A DNA stretch of 64,000 bases from an uncultured Opitutales bacterium (GCA_964457855.1 CAYWEO010000001.1:81747-145746); one strand, 5' to 3'. Counted from the stretch's first letter, positions 10,763 to 20,425 are shown. A program made the numbers and translations. The notes: generated from the sequence alone by a model not told the origin.

Positions 10763-11063
10763 GGTTCCGTTACAAGAAAACTTCAACCCCGTCACGTATT
10801 TCAATACGCTCGGGGGTTAAAATTTTCTTGTAGCCGTCCCTATCATCTCAAACTTACCACGGCGTCTCCGTTAGGCTAGGGTATTTCGTGCGCCTGCTCG
10901 TCATCTTAAATTTAGAGCAGTAACTGTCGCGTGAGTGCATAAATTTTCTTGCAGCCGTTCCTATCATCTCGAACTGACTACGGTGTCATGCGTCTGGTCG
11001 GCGTAAGTGCGCTCAGAGGTTAAGGTATTTCGCGCGCCTGCTCGTCATCCTAAGATCGAGGCC
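10739..11063 (+). repeat. F2 subtype-b copy (10739-10864) followed by a patchwork of F2 arm fragments
   Basis: Unit 1 is flanked by CGCCGTGG/CCACGGCG. Downstream are fragments such as GTGCGCCTGCTCGTCATCTTAAAT, TTTTCTTGCAGCCGTTCCTATCATCTCGAAC and CGCGCGCCTGCTCGTCATCCTAAGATCG. Confidence 0.8.
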
Positions 11064-11122
11064 GTCCTTGTCGAACACCTTCTGAACAAAAATAGGCTCT
11101 AGACCATCAGAGAGTTAAGAAT

Positions 11123-12337
11123 TCATTCCGTGAAAATACCGCGAGCTTCAAAGTACAGAGCAAGCGCGAAAAGGATGAAAAGGGCTAAGCTCAATGCTGT
11201 GTTAACTAAGGATTTCCCCCTTAAGGAGTCTTTTAGCCAAGCGAAGCAGGGTAGTAAGCCGAAAAGGATGCCGCAAATCACTCCGACCCAAACGATAGCT
11301 TGCACAAAAGAAGTTTTGGCTGTGAACAGCAAACACAAAACGATGGATAAAGTAACGATGAGAATCGTGTTCCTTTTGATGGGAATCGATGGTTTTTTTG
11401 AGATGTTGTTGGAGAAGCCATCTTTTATGAATTGAACGAGTCCTTCGGAAACTCCAATAAACGAAGTTGCCATTGCTAGGATCGAAATTCCGAGACCAAT
11501 GAATGAAAACAAGGTCGTGTTTTTAAGGATGTTACCCAGTACAACAGTCACAGGGAATCCATTTTTGAAGGCGTAGTCGATCGATATTCTATCGCCATGC
11601 CGTGGGATGACGCCTAAGGTGCAAATCAAGAATATGGCGTAAATGAGGCAGGTCGTTCCGGTACCCAATAGGAGGGACCACAAGAGAACTTTTTTGTCGT
11701 TATTGCACTGCTTGCATATCGCGGGAATGGATCCTTGAAACGCGAAACTACCCACAAAAACAGGGAATAACGTTGGAAGTAGGTTCCAATTCATCAGAGC
11801 GACGTGTGTGTATTGAAATTTCTTAAAACAGGGAATCGTTAAAAAAGCGAACAAGCCAATCATTAAAATAACGCAAACGCTGTTAAAAATAGAGATCAAG
11901 CGGATTTCGCAAAGCAAAAGTAGGGTCAGCAACAGCCAAGTGAGTACGAAAGTGACGTTTTGACCAAAATTTTGTAAAGAAAGTGCCTCAGATAGGCAAT
12001 TCCCAATTCCCTTTATGTAAGCAATCAGCAGAAGTGTCCCGAAAAGAAGGAACAAGAGGCTGGTGATTTTTTTCCCCCATTTCCCTAAAATTTCCTCATA
12101 AAATTGCTGCAATGATTGTTGTTTCGCGTTTTCTATGTACTTTTTCCCCATAATCCAGCCTGTTGTGGTCGTCATGAGGCAAGTGATGAGGCACATAACA
12201 AGGCTTGGGATGAGACCAACTGTCCCCGATAAGATGGGTAAAGCAAGCACACCCCCACCGATTGCAGTGCCGGCAATCAGCATGCCTGTGTGGAAGATGG
12301 TTGAGCTTATATTTGAGTTTGTAGAGTTTGTTTTCAT
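11123..12337 (-). CDS. aromatic/hydroxy amino-acid permease (HAAAP family, TyrP/Mtr-like)
   Basis: Polytopic membrane protein. N-terminal GTAIGGGVLALP motif is typical of TyrP/Mtr/TnaB transporters. Confidence 0.7.
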   Translation of the reverse strand: MKTNSTNSNISSTIFHTGMLIAGTAIGGGVLALPILSGTVGLIPSLVMCLITCLMTTTTGWIMGKKYIENAKQQSLQQFYEEILGKWGKKITSLLFLLFGTLLLIAYIKGIGNCLSEALSLQNFGQNVTFVLTWLLLTLLLLCEIRLISIFNSVCVILMIGLFAFLTIPCFKKFQYTHVALMNWNLLPTLFPVFVGSFAFQGSIPAICKQCNNDKKVLLWSLLLGTGTTCLIYAIFLICTLGVIPRHGDRISIDYAFKNGFPVTVVLGNILKNTTLFSFIGLGISILAMATSFIGVSEGLVQFIKDGFSNNISKKPSIPIKRNTILIVTLSIVLCLLFTAKTSFVQAIVWVGVICGILFGLLPCFAWLKDSLRGKSLVNTALSLALFILFALALYFEARGIFTE

Positions 12338-12408
12338 ATAGATTGTTTGATTGGTTGAATGCCTATGGATGAATTCACGGGCACCGTTTGGTTATAGAGT
12401 TTTTGAAA

Positions 12409-12444
12409 ATAAAAAAAACGGCGGAAAGACTCCGCCGTTTTTTT
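12409..12444. promoter_or_regulatory. symmetrical terminator-like hairpin in the divergent region upstream of the permease gene
   Basis: A-run + ACGGCGG-AAAGACT-CCGCCGT + T-run. It reads as an intrinsic terminator on both strands and lies about 75-105 nt upstream of the permease ATG. Confidence 0.5.
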
Positions 12445-12616
12445 GTGACATTGATTTTGTTTTAGAAAACAACACCCCCTGGCGGATCTTTGACCTCACC
12501 GCTATAATAATAAGCACTAGAGAATTGCTTTAAAAACATGAAAAATAAATGTACGTATGCAATGAGATTTGTCAATAGGGAAAAATGTATTCTTAGTCTA
12601 GGGCCTTATAAAAATT

Positions 12617-12782
12617 CCGGGAACCCTTCTTTTCGAAGAAAAGAAGGGTTCCCGGGCCCTCCTAAGAAAAGCATATCGAAAGGCATTTTTGTGGCACGAA
12701 GTGCCAAAAAATGCCTTCCGAACGAGAGTTTTTTTGGAAAGGGTCCGGGAAAACCTATTTTTGCAAAAAATGGTTTTCCTGG
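12617..12782 (+). repeat. F1 triple-hairpin mosaic repeat, full copy (A-B-C)
   Basis: A 12617-12655. B 12677-12720. C 12745-12782. Sits in a divergent promoter region. Confidence 0.9.
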
Positions 12783-12869
12783 AAAATACCCTCCTTTCCC
12801 GAAAAACTTTTCTACAAAGCAACAATTTTGGTTGCAATTTTCGTCTAACGGGGGAATAATTCAAGGATT

Positions 12870-13724
12870 ATGATTAAGCGTATTCTTGTTTGTATTGACG
12901 GGTCGATGCCCTATACGGAGTCTGTTTGCCAGGACGCTATGTGGATGGCGCAGAAGACGAAAGCGTCGCTCGTTGTGTTGTATGTCTCTGATATCAGGCA
13001 ATTTGAGATATCGATGGTCACGGATTTCAGTGGCAGTTTAGGGGTGCAGCCTTATCAGAATTTGTACATGCAGCTGCAGGAGATGGAGCGTGAGAAGACG
13101 CGGATTATTCAGCAGCAGGTGGAGAAAATCTTTGCGCCGATGAGAGATCGCGTGACGTTTTACCAGCGCACGGGGATCATGGTGGACATTCTGAACGAAT
13201 TTGAGTCCAGCGAAATGGGAGTGGATTTAATTGTCCTTGGAAAGCGTGGGGAAAACGTCAATTTTGCGACGGAGCACCTAGGTTCGACGATGGAGCGGAT
13301 CGTGAGATCGAGCACGAAGCCGTGTTTGGTAAGTTCGCGGGATCATCGAGAGATTAAGAGGATTTTGATTGCCTATGATGCGAGTCCGAGTGTGCACAAG
13401 GCTATCCAATTTCTTGCGCGTTCGGAGGATTTTAGGGATTTGGAGGTCCATTTAGTGACGGCTGTGCACGATCTCGAGAATACGGAGATGGTTGGCCACA
13501 TTCAACGCACGGAAGCCATCTTGCAGAATGCTGGCTACAATGTGCACCACAAAGTGGTCAATGGAGAGCCGGAAGAGGTTGTATCGGAATATGTTGAGCG
13601 TCATGGAATCCACATGGTTGTCATGGGAGCCTACGGACACAGCGCCATTCGGCATCTGTTGATTGGCAGCACGACGACGAATCTCGTCCGCCGTTGCCAC
13701 ATCCCCATTTTGATGTTTAGGTAG
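12870..13724 (+). CDS. tandem universal stress protein (2 x UspA domain)
   Basis: Two UspA-like halves (ILVCIDGS... and ILIAYDAS...), each ending in a G..GHS...GS-type motif. Confidence 0.8.
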   Translation: MIKRILVCIDGSMPYTESVCQDAMWMAQKTKASLVVLYVSDIRQFEISMVTDFSGSLGVQPYQNLYMQLQEMEREKTRIIQQQVEKIFAPMRDRVTFYQRTGIMVDILNEFESSEMGVDLIVLGKRGENVNFATEHLGSTMERIVRSSTKPCLVSSRDHREIKRILIAYDASPSVHKAIQFLARSEDFRDLEVHLVTAVHDLENTEMVGHIQRTEAILQNAGYNVHHKVVNGEPEEVVSEYVERHGIHMVVMGAYGHSAIRHLLIGSTTTNLVRRCHIPILMFR

Positions 13725-15182
<1,458 letters not shown>

Positions 15183-15231
15183 TATTTCGGTTCTTTTTTT
15201 GCTTGGCTGCGTTGTGCCCCTTTGTTCAAAG

Positions 15232-15377
15232 ATGGACTGCTTCGATTTTGAGATCACGGGCAGGCGCGCGAGGTCGATTGGAGTGAGTGCCTCTGCTCCA
15301 CTCCAATCCCCTAATGCCTGAGATGGCATTGAGACAGATGCGCAACGAACCCGCCGCTCAAAATCGAAGCAGTCCAT
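15232..15377 (-). repeat. F2 long-hairpin repeat, subtype a with substituted apex
   Basis: Perfect 21-bp terminal inverted repeat ATGGACTGCTTCGATTTTGAG / CTCAAAATCGAAGCAGTCCAT. The centre carries a different 10-bp hairpin (GATTGGAGTG...CACTCCAATC). Confidence 0.9.
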
Positions 15378-15423
15378 ACTTTTCTGCTTTACATTTAACA
15401 CTTATTTTAGACAATATTTAACC

Positions 15424-15594
15424 ATGGCAAGAGAAACGATTATTTTGGAGTGTACGGAGGCGAGGAAGGAAGGGAGGCCGCCATCTCGTTACATGAGCAC
15501 GCGCAACAAGAAACTTCAGACCGAGAAGGTTGAGAAGAGGAAGTATAATTGGTTTTTGCGGAGGCATACCCTCCATCGTGAAATCAAGGACTAA
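15424..15594 (+). CDS. rpmG: 50S ribosomal protein L33 (Cys-poor form)
   Basis: 56-codon ORF below the track cut-off: MARETIILECTEARKEGRPPSRYMSTRNKKLQTEKVEKRKYNWFLRRHTLHREIKD. Only one of the four Zn-ribbon Cys positions is retained. Confidence 0.85.
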   Translation: MARETIILECTEARKEGRPPSRYMSTRNKKLQTEKVEKRKYNWFLRRHTLHREIKD

Positions 15595-15598
15595 AAAG

Positions 15599-15718
15599 AA
15601 GGGCTCCTGTTTGAGCGGCAAGTGCGTTGCGCATCGGATCTCGCTGCCATCACGTACGTTAGTACGCTCAGGCATCTTGTCCTCGCGCGCCTGCTTGTCA
15701 TCTCAAACGGGAGCCCTT
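15599..15718 (+). repeat. F2 long-hairpin repeat, subtype a
   Basis: Flanks AAGGGCTCCTGTTTGAG / CTCAAACGGGAGCCCTT match at 16/17 positions. Apex TCACGTAC-GTTA-GTACGCTC. Starts 4 nt after the rpmG stop. Confidence 0.9.
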
Positions 15719-15765
15719 CTTTGGTCTTTTGCTCTTTGGAGGAAAGACAGTCAGAGTTTATAGAA

Positions 15766-15935
15766 CCGAAAAAACCATTTTTTATAAAAATAGGTTTTCC
15801 AGGACCATTTCCAAAAAAATCTTCATTCGGAAGGCATTTTTCAGGCAGTATAATGCCTGAAAAATGCCTTCCGATATCGCTTTTCTTTTGAAGGTTCGGA
15901 AATTTATTCTTTTCTCTGGAAAAGAAAAGTTTCCG
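15766..15935 (-). repeat. F1 triple-hairpin mosaic repeat, full copy (C-B-A)
   Basis: C 15766-15803. B 15828-15873 (apical stem CAGGCA/TGCCTG). A 15897-15935. Confidence 0.9.
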
Positions 15936-15948
15936 AAATATTTCTCCT

Positions 15949-15965
15949 CTCGCCGCTCAAAATCG
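15949..15965 (-). repeat. solo F2 terminal fragment
   Basis: CTCGCCGCTCAAAATCG is the reverse complement of the F2a left end CGATTTTGAGCGGCGAG. It lies 5 nt from the stop of the 15971-16624 gene. Confidence 0.7.
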
Positions 15966-15970
15966 AGGCC

Positions 15971-16624
15971 TTACTTCTTTGGGATGCGGAGTTTCAGGGT
16001 ATAATCCTGATCTTTATAGAAGGTTTCCATCTTTGAGAAGTCGCTATTTGTGGGGAGCTGGAAGCGTTTGGTAAGTTTGCCTTCTTCTACTTTTCGGCTG
16101 ACGATTTTCCCGAGGACGTCTTTTTGGATCGATTCTTCGCGGAAGCTGCCGTCGATTTGGAGTTCGTGGGTTTTGGCGTAGGTGGTGATACGGATGCTAT
16201 CTTTTAGGATATTGGGGAGAAATTTGATTTTAATGGTGTAGGCTTTTTGATCGGCGCTTTTTTGGATTTTTCTGAGCCAGGTGATGGAATTGGGGTCGAG
16301 GTTGTCGAAATCTTGGATTTTCCTCAAAAATTCTTTCATTTGTTGGAAAGTGACCTGCATTTGGGAGGTATCCGTATGGATGTTTGGGGCGCGATTAGAT
16401 CTAAAGTGCTTAATTTTCGTGCCTTTGCAGGCCCGTTTTTTGCCTTTTGGTTTTTCTTTGGTTGCGGCCTTAACTGCCGTGTCTTTTGCCTTAGGCGTGA
16501 GGGTTTCTTGGCCATTTTGGCCATCTGGGGCGATCGGCTGGTCGGCGGCGTAGGAAGGCGCTTGGAAGCCGAGAATGAGGGCGGCGGAAAGGGCCTTGAC
16601 GGCGAGTTTTAAATGGGGGTTCAT
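15971..16624 (-). CDS. exported protein, possible Hsp20/alpha-crystallin-like C-terminal domain
   Basis: Signal-peptide-like N-terminus (KLAVKALSAALILGFQAPSYA), then a Lys-rich linker. The C-terminal ~100 aa has a pattern reminiscent of the ACD fold (...IRITTYAKTHELQIDGSFREE...FQLP...YTLKLRIPKK). The family call is tentative. Confidence 0.5.
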   Translation of the reverse strand: MNPHLKLAVKALSAALILGFQAPSYAADQPIAPDGQNGQETLTPKAKDTAVKAATKEKPKGKKRACKGTKIKHFRSNRAPNIHTDTSQMQVTFQQMKEFLRKIQDFDNLDPNSITWLRKIQKSADQKAYTIKIKFLPNILKDSIRITTYAKTHELQIDGSFREESIQKDVLGKIVSRKVEEGKLTKRFQLPTNSDFSKMETFYKDQDYTLKLRIPKK

Positions 16625-16921
16625 AGGGGAGTCTCCTGTTAAAGGTTATCACGCATCATCATAGAGCAGAGCGGTGGGAAAGTAAAGCGCAAATTGGCGT
16701 TTTTGCTGGTGAATTCTCTTTTATGCAAAATCGTTCTTGCGTTTTTCTTGAAAATAGTTTCTTATAGAGCGATGTTCTATTGAATATTACCTTTTTGGTA
16801 AAATTCAATGAAATAATTTTCTTGCTTTTTTTCAAAAAAGCATCATTTAATAAACTCAGTCACTAGGGGTTCTCTTTTATGAACGTAAGAGGGAACTTTA
16901 ATCATTTATTATTATTATCGT

Positions 16922-18454
16922 ATGAGTACGTTTACAAAGCCGGCAGAAAATCATCAATTTTCTAAGTTACGTTCTATCTTCTTTCCGATACATACCTATG
17001 AGTTAAAGAAAGCGCTTCCAATGGGGATGATTTTTTTCTTTATCTTGTTCAACTACACATGTTTACGTAACGTGAAGGATGCCCTCGTGGTTACGCATAC
17101 GGGCGCAGAGGCATTGTCATTTTTGAAACTCTTTTGCGTGATGCCATCGGCTATTATCTTCATGTTGATGTATGCAGGCGCCAGTAACATTTTGAGCAAC
17201 GAAAAGTTGTTTTATTTTACGCTAACGCCCTTTATCGTGTTTTTCGGCCTATTCGCCTTCTGGATTTACCCCAATCGTGTGATGCTGCATCCGGCTCCCG
17301 AAACGATTGTGGCCTTGCAGACCGCTTACCCCTCATTGCACTGGTTTTTCGCGATTTTTGGCGTGTGGAGCTACGGAATGTTCTACGTTTTGGCAGAAAT
17401 TTGGGGAAGTGCTATCCTTTCACTGTCTTTCTGGCAGTTTGCGAACCAGATCACGCACATGAAAGAAGCCAAGCGCATGTACGCGTTTTTCGCCATTATG
17501 GCGCAATTTTCGTTGATTCTTTCGGGTATGTGGGGAGAGCATTTCTCAGATATTCGTTCGACGGTCTCATCCGGAATGGATCCCTGGCAGATTTCCCTTA
17601 ACTGGTTAATGGGCGCAGTCGTTGTGTGCGGTGTTCTGACGATGTTGATTTATCGCTGGATCTATCGCTGCGTCCTCACCGACAAGCGTTTTTACGATAA
17701 GCCAGAAATGCCCGGCGTTACCAAGAAAAAGAAAAAAGCAAGCCTCATTGAGAGCATGAAAGTCATCTTTTCCTCCCCATACCTTGGTCTCATCGTAGCC
17801 CTCGTTGTCGCCTACGGAATTACTGTAAACCTCATTGAAGGCCTCTGGAAGAGCCAATTGGAGGTCAAGTACCCGAATCCCAACGATTATAACACGTTTA
17901 TGAACCAGTACAGTCAATGGACTGGGTACGCGTCGATCGTCATTATGATCGTTGGTAGCAACATATTACGTCTCTTCCGTTGGTTTACGGCGGCCGTCAT
18001 CACGCCTCTCGTTTTCCTCGTTGGCGGTATCCTTTTCTTCACTTTCATTCTCTTTAGGACAGAACTCGGCAACATAATTGCTGGATTCGGCTCCAATCCC
18101 GTCACAATCGCTGTGTTTTTGGGTGTCACTGTTCTCGTTATCGCGAAATCCACTAAGTACGCCTTGTTCGACCTAACGAAGGAGATGGCTTACATCCCCC
18201 TCGACGAGGAAATGAAGGTCAAAGGTAAGGCCGTTGTTGACGTCGTTGGCGGACGCCTCGGCAAGTCCGGTGGCGCAGGATTCCAAGTCTTCCTCTTCCA
18301 ACTCGGTGGCTGGATCCTCAGCGCAAAGGTCACGTACACCCAAATTGCCCCCTACGCTTTCGGTTGCTTCCTCGTCATTACCGTCATTTGGATCGTCGCC
18401 GTGAAGTCCCTAAGTAAGCGTGTGGATGCCGCCAGCCAAGTCGCTGGCGAGTGA
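16922..18454 (+). CDS. ATP/ADP (nucleotide) translocase, TLC/NTT family
   Basis: 510-aa polytopic protein with the characteristic N-terminus (...FFPIHTYELKKALPMGMIFFFILFNYTCLRNVKDALVV...), as in the nucleotide transporters of Chlamydiae and Rickettsiales. Confidence 0.9.
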   Translation: MSTFTKPAENHQFSKLRSIFFPIHTYELKKALPMGMIFFFILFNYTCLRNVKDALVVTHTGAEALSFLKLFCVMPSAIIFMLMYAGASNILSNEKLFYFTLTPFIVFFGLFAFWIYPNRVMLHPAPETIVALQTAYPSLHWFFAIFGVWSYGMFYVLAEIWGSAILSLSFWQFANQITHMKEAKRMYAFFAIMAQFSLILSGMWGEHFSDIRSTVSSGMDPWQISLNWLMGAVVVCGVLTMLIYRWIYRCVLTDKRFYDKPEMPGVTKKKKKASLIESMKVIFSSPYLGLIVALVVAYGITVNLIEGLWKSQLEVKYPNPNDYNTFMNQYSQWTGYASIVIMIVGSNILRLFRWFTAAVITPLVFLVGGILFFTFILFRTELGNIIAGFGSNPVTIAVFLGVTVLVIAKSTKYALFDLTKEMAYIPLDEEMKVKGKAVVDVVGGRLGKSGGAGFQVFLFQLGGWILSAKVTYTQIAPYAFGCFLVITVIWIVAVKSLSKRVDAASQVAGE

Positions 18455-18455
18455 T

Positions 18456-18573
18456 ACAGGGCGATTTTGAGCGGCGAGTTCGTTGCGCATCAGTCTCAAT
18501 GCCATCACGTACGTTAGTACGCTCAGGCATCTCGTCCTCGCGCGCCTGCTCGTCATCTCAAAATCGCCCCTGT
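18456..18573 (+). repeat. F2 long-hairpin repeat, subtype a (best-preserved copy)
   Basis: Flanks ACAGGGCGATTTTGAG / CTCAAAATCGCCCCTGT. Apex TCACGTAC-GTTA-GTACGCTC. Starts 1 nt after the translocase stop. Confidence 0.9.
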
Positions 18574-18602
18574 CTCACGCGTTGGCTTTAGCGGTCAGTA
18601 AA

Positions 18603-18775
18603 CCGGAGGAGGTGTTTTTTGCAAAAAGCACCCCCTCCGGACCTCTCCCTTAAAAACTCTTAATTCGAAGGGCATTTTCATTCGGCCTGTAAGGCCAAAT
18701 GAAAATGCCCTTCGATATGCTTTTCTTTGAAGGGTTCGGGAAACATTTCTTTTCTTCGAAAAGAAAGTTTCCCGG
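18603..18775 (-). repeat. F1 triple-hairpin mosaic repeat, full copy (C-B-A)
   Basis: C 18603-18640 (stem variant CCGGAGGAGGTG/GCACCCCCTCCGG). B 18666-18714. A 18737-18774. Confidence 0.9.
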
Positions 18776-18790
18776 ATATTCCCTTTCTTC

Positions 18791-19774
18791 CTACCCGATC
18801 TTTGATTGATAAATATCATGCAACCGTAGCAGGCCTATGCAATTACTCCCTTCGTTGACGACGGGGAGGACGAGGATTTGTTTGGGGCGTTCTTCCATAA
18901 TACGGAGGGCGTCGGAGAGGGAGGTGTTGGGGGAGATGGTGATGGGGGAGGCGTTCATGATGGAGGAGGCATGGACGTCGTTAATGGAGTCAAATTTTTG
19001 GAGCGCGCGGCGGATGTCGCCGTCAGTGATGATGCCGATGAGGTGGTTGTTTTGGTCGATGACGAGGGTGGCGCCGAGGGGTTTTTCGGTCATGCTGATG
19101 ACAACGTGCTTGAGGGAGTCGTTGGGGAGGGCCTGCGCGACGGTTTTGAGGGGATGCATGACGTCGCCAACGGTGAGGAGGAGACTGCGGCCGAGTTGGC
19201 CGGAGGGGTGGAAGATGGCGAAGTCTTGGGCGGTAAATTGGCGCAGTTTGACGAGAGCGGACGCGATGGCGTCGCCGATGGCCATGGCAACGATGGCGCT
19301 GGTTGTGGGGATGAAACCGAGGGGGTCGGCTTCGCGTTCGATGGAGGCATCGAGGACAAAATCGGCATGTTTCGCGATGGGGCCGCTGGGGTTTCCGAGA
19401 ATCGCGATGATGGGGGATTCAAACCGCTTTAAAATGGGGATGAGCTGCAGGATTTCCTGTGTAGCGCCGCTTTTGGAGATGAGGATCGTGGGGTCGCGGG
19501 GTTGGTAGATACCGAGATCGCCGTGAACGCCTTCAGTTGGGTGGAGGAAAACGGCCTGGACGCCAACGCTATTGAGGGTGGCGACGATTTTTTGAGCGAC
19601 GTAGCCGGATTTCCCAACGCCGCAAACGATCACCTTTTGGTTGCTTTTAGCGAGAAGGGAAACCGACTGAAGGAAAGCGTCGCCGAGACGTCCGGCGGTG
19701 GCCACGAGGGCCTTGGATTCTGTTATAAGGACGCCCTTAGCGAGTTCGAGGATTTCTTGAGAATTCATTAACAA
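18791..19774 (-). CDS. kpsF: arabinose-5-phosphate isomerase (KpsF/GutQ)
   Basis: SIS domain (CGVGKSGYVAQKIVATL) followed by two CBS domains. Confidence 0.9.
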   Translation of the reverse strand: MLMNSQEILELAKGVLITESKALVATAGRLGDAFLQSVSLLAKSNQKVIVCGVGKSGYVAQKIVATLNSVGVQAVFLHPTEGVHGDLGIYQPRDPTILISKSGATQEILQLIPILKRFESPIIAILGNPSGPIAKHADFVLDASIEREADPLGFIPTTSAIVAMAIGDAIASALVKLRQFTAQDFAIFHPSGQLGRSLLLTVGDVMHPLKTVAQALPNDSLKHVVISMTEKPLGATLVIDQNNHLIGIITDGDIRRALQKFDSINDVHASSIMNASPITISPNTSLSDALRIMEERPKQILVLPVVNEGSNCIGLLRLHDIYQSKIG

Positions 19775-19810
19775 GGATTATCGGATCCTTGGAGCGTTTG
19801 TAAACTATTT

Positions 19811-20425
19811 TTATGCGGTTTTTGCGAAAGATTCTGGCGTAATAATGGCGTCCGCGAGGCCGTACGCAATGGCTTCTTTGGCATTCATGTAGAAGTCGCG
19901 GTCGGTATCGGTTTGGATTTTCGACAGCGGTTGGCCGGAGGATTTTGCGAGAATGTGGTTGAGTTCGTCGCGTGTTTTTTCCATTTCCATCGCCTGAATG
20001 TGGATATCGATCGCTGGGGCAACGATGCGGCCCATAATGAGGGGTTGGTGGATGAGCACACGTGCGTGCGGATAGAGGAGGCGGTGGCCCTTTTTCGCGC
20101 CGCAGAGGAGGATCGAGCCCATGCTGGCAGCGAGACCCGTGACGGCGACCGTGATGGGCGACGAAATCAGCTTCATCGTGTCATAAATGGCCATTCCTGC
20201 GGTAATCGAACCGCCAGGAGTGTTGATGTAGAACAAGATAGGTTGGCCTGGAGCGACGAATTCCAAGTACAGAAGTTTTTCCGTAATATCCTTGGCGGAT
20301 TCGTCATTCACTTCTCCCCAGAGGAAAATTTTGCGTCCTTCGAGGAATTTTTTGTTAATAAATGTTTCAATCGTGATGGGAGCTAGCGTACTAGCCTCTG
20401 GATGTTGGTCGGGTAGTCTGGTCAT
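19811..20425 (-). CDS. clpP: ATP-dependent Clp protease proteolytic subunit
   Basis: Catalytic-triad contexts GLAASMGS, LIHQP and DTDRDFYM. Confidence 0.9.
   Translation of the reverse strand: MTRLPDQHPEASTLAPITIETFINKKFLEGRKIFLWGEVNDESAKDITEKLLYLEFVAPGQPILFYINTPGGSITAGMAIYDTMKLISSPITVAVTGLAASMGSILLCGAKKGHRLLYPHARVLIHQPLIMGRIVAPAIDIHIQAMEMEKTRDELNHILAKSSGQPLSKIQTDTDRDFYMNAKEAIAYGLADAIITPESFAKTA

Noticed and set aside
12351-12533. 60-aa track ORF in the permease/usp divergent region.
   Set aside because: It spans the symmetrical terminator hairpin, has no RBS and no recognisable family. The region is better explained as regulatory.
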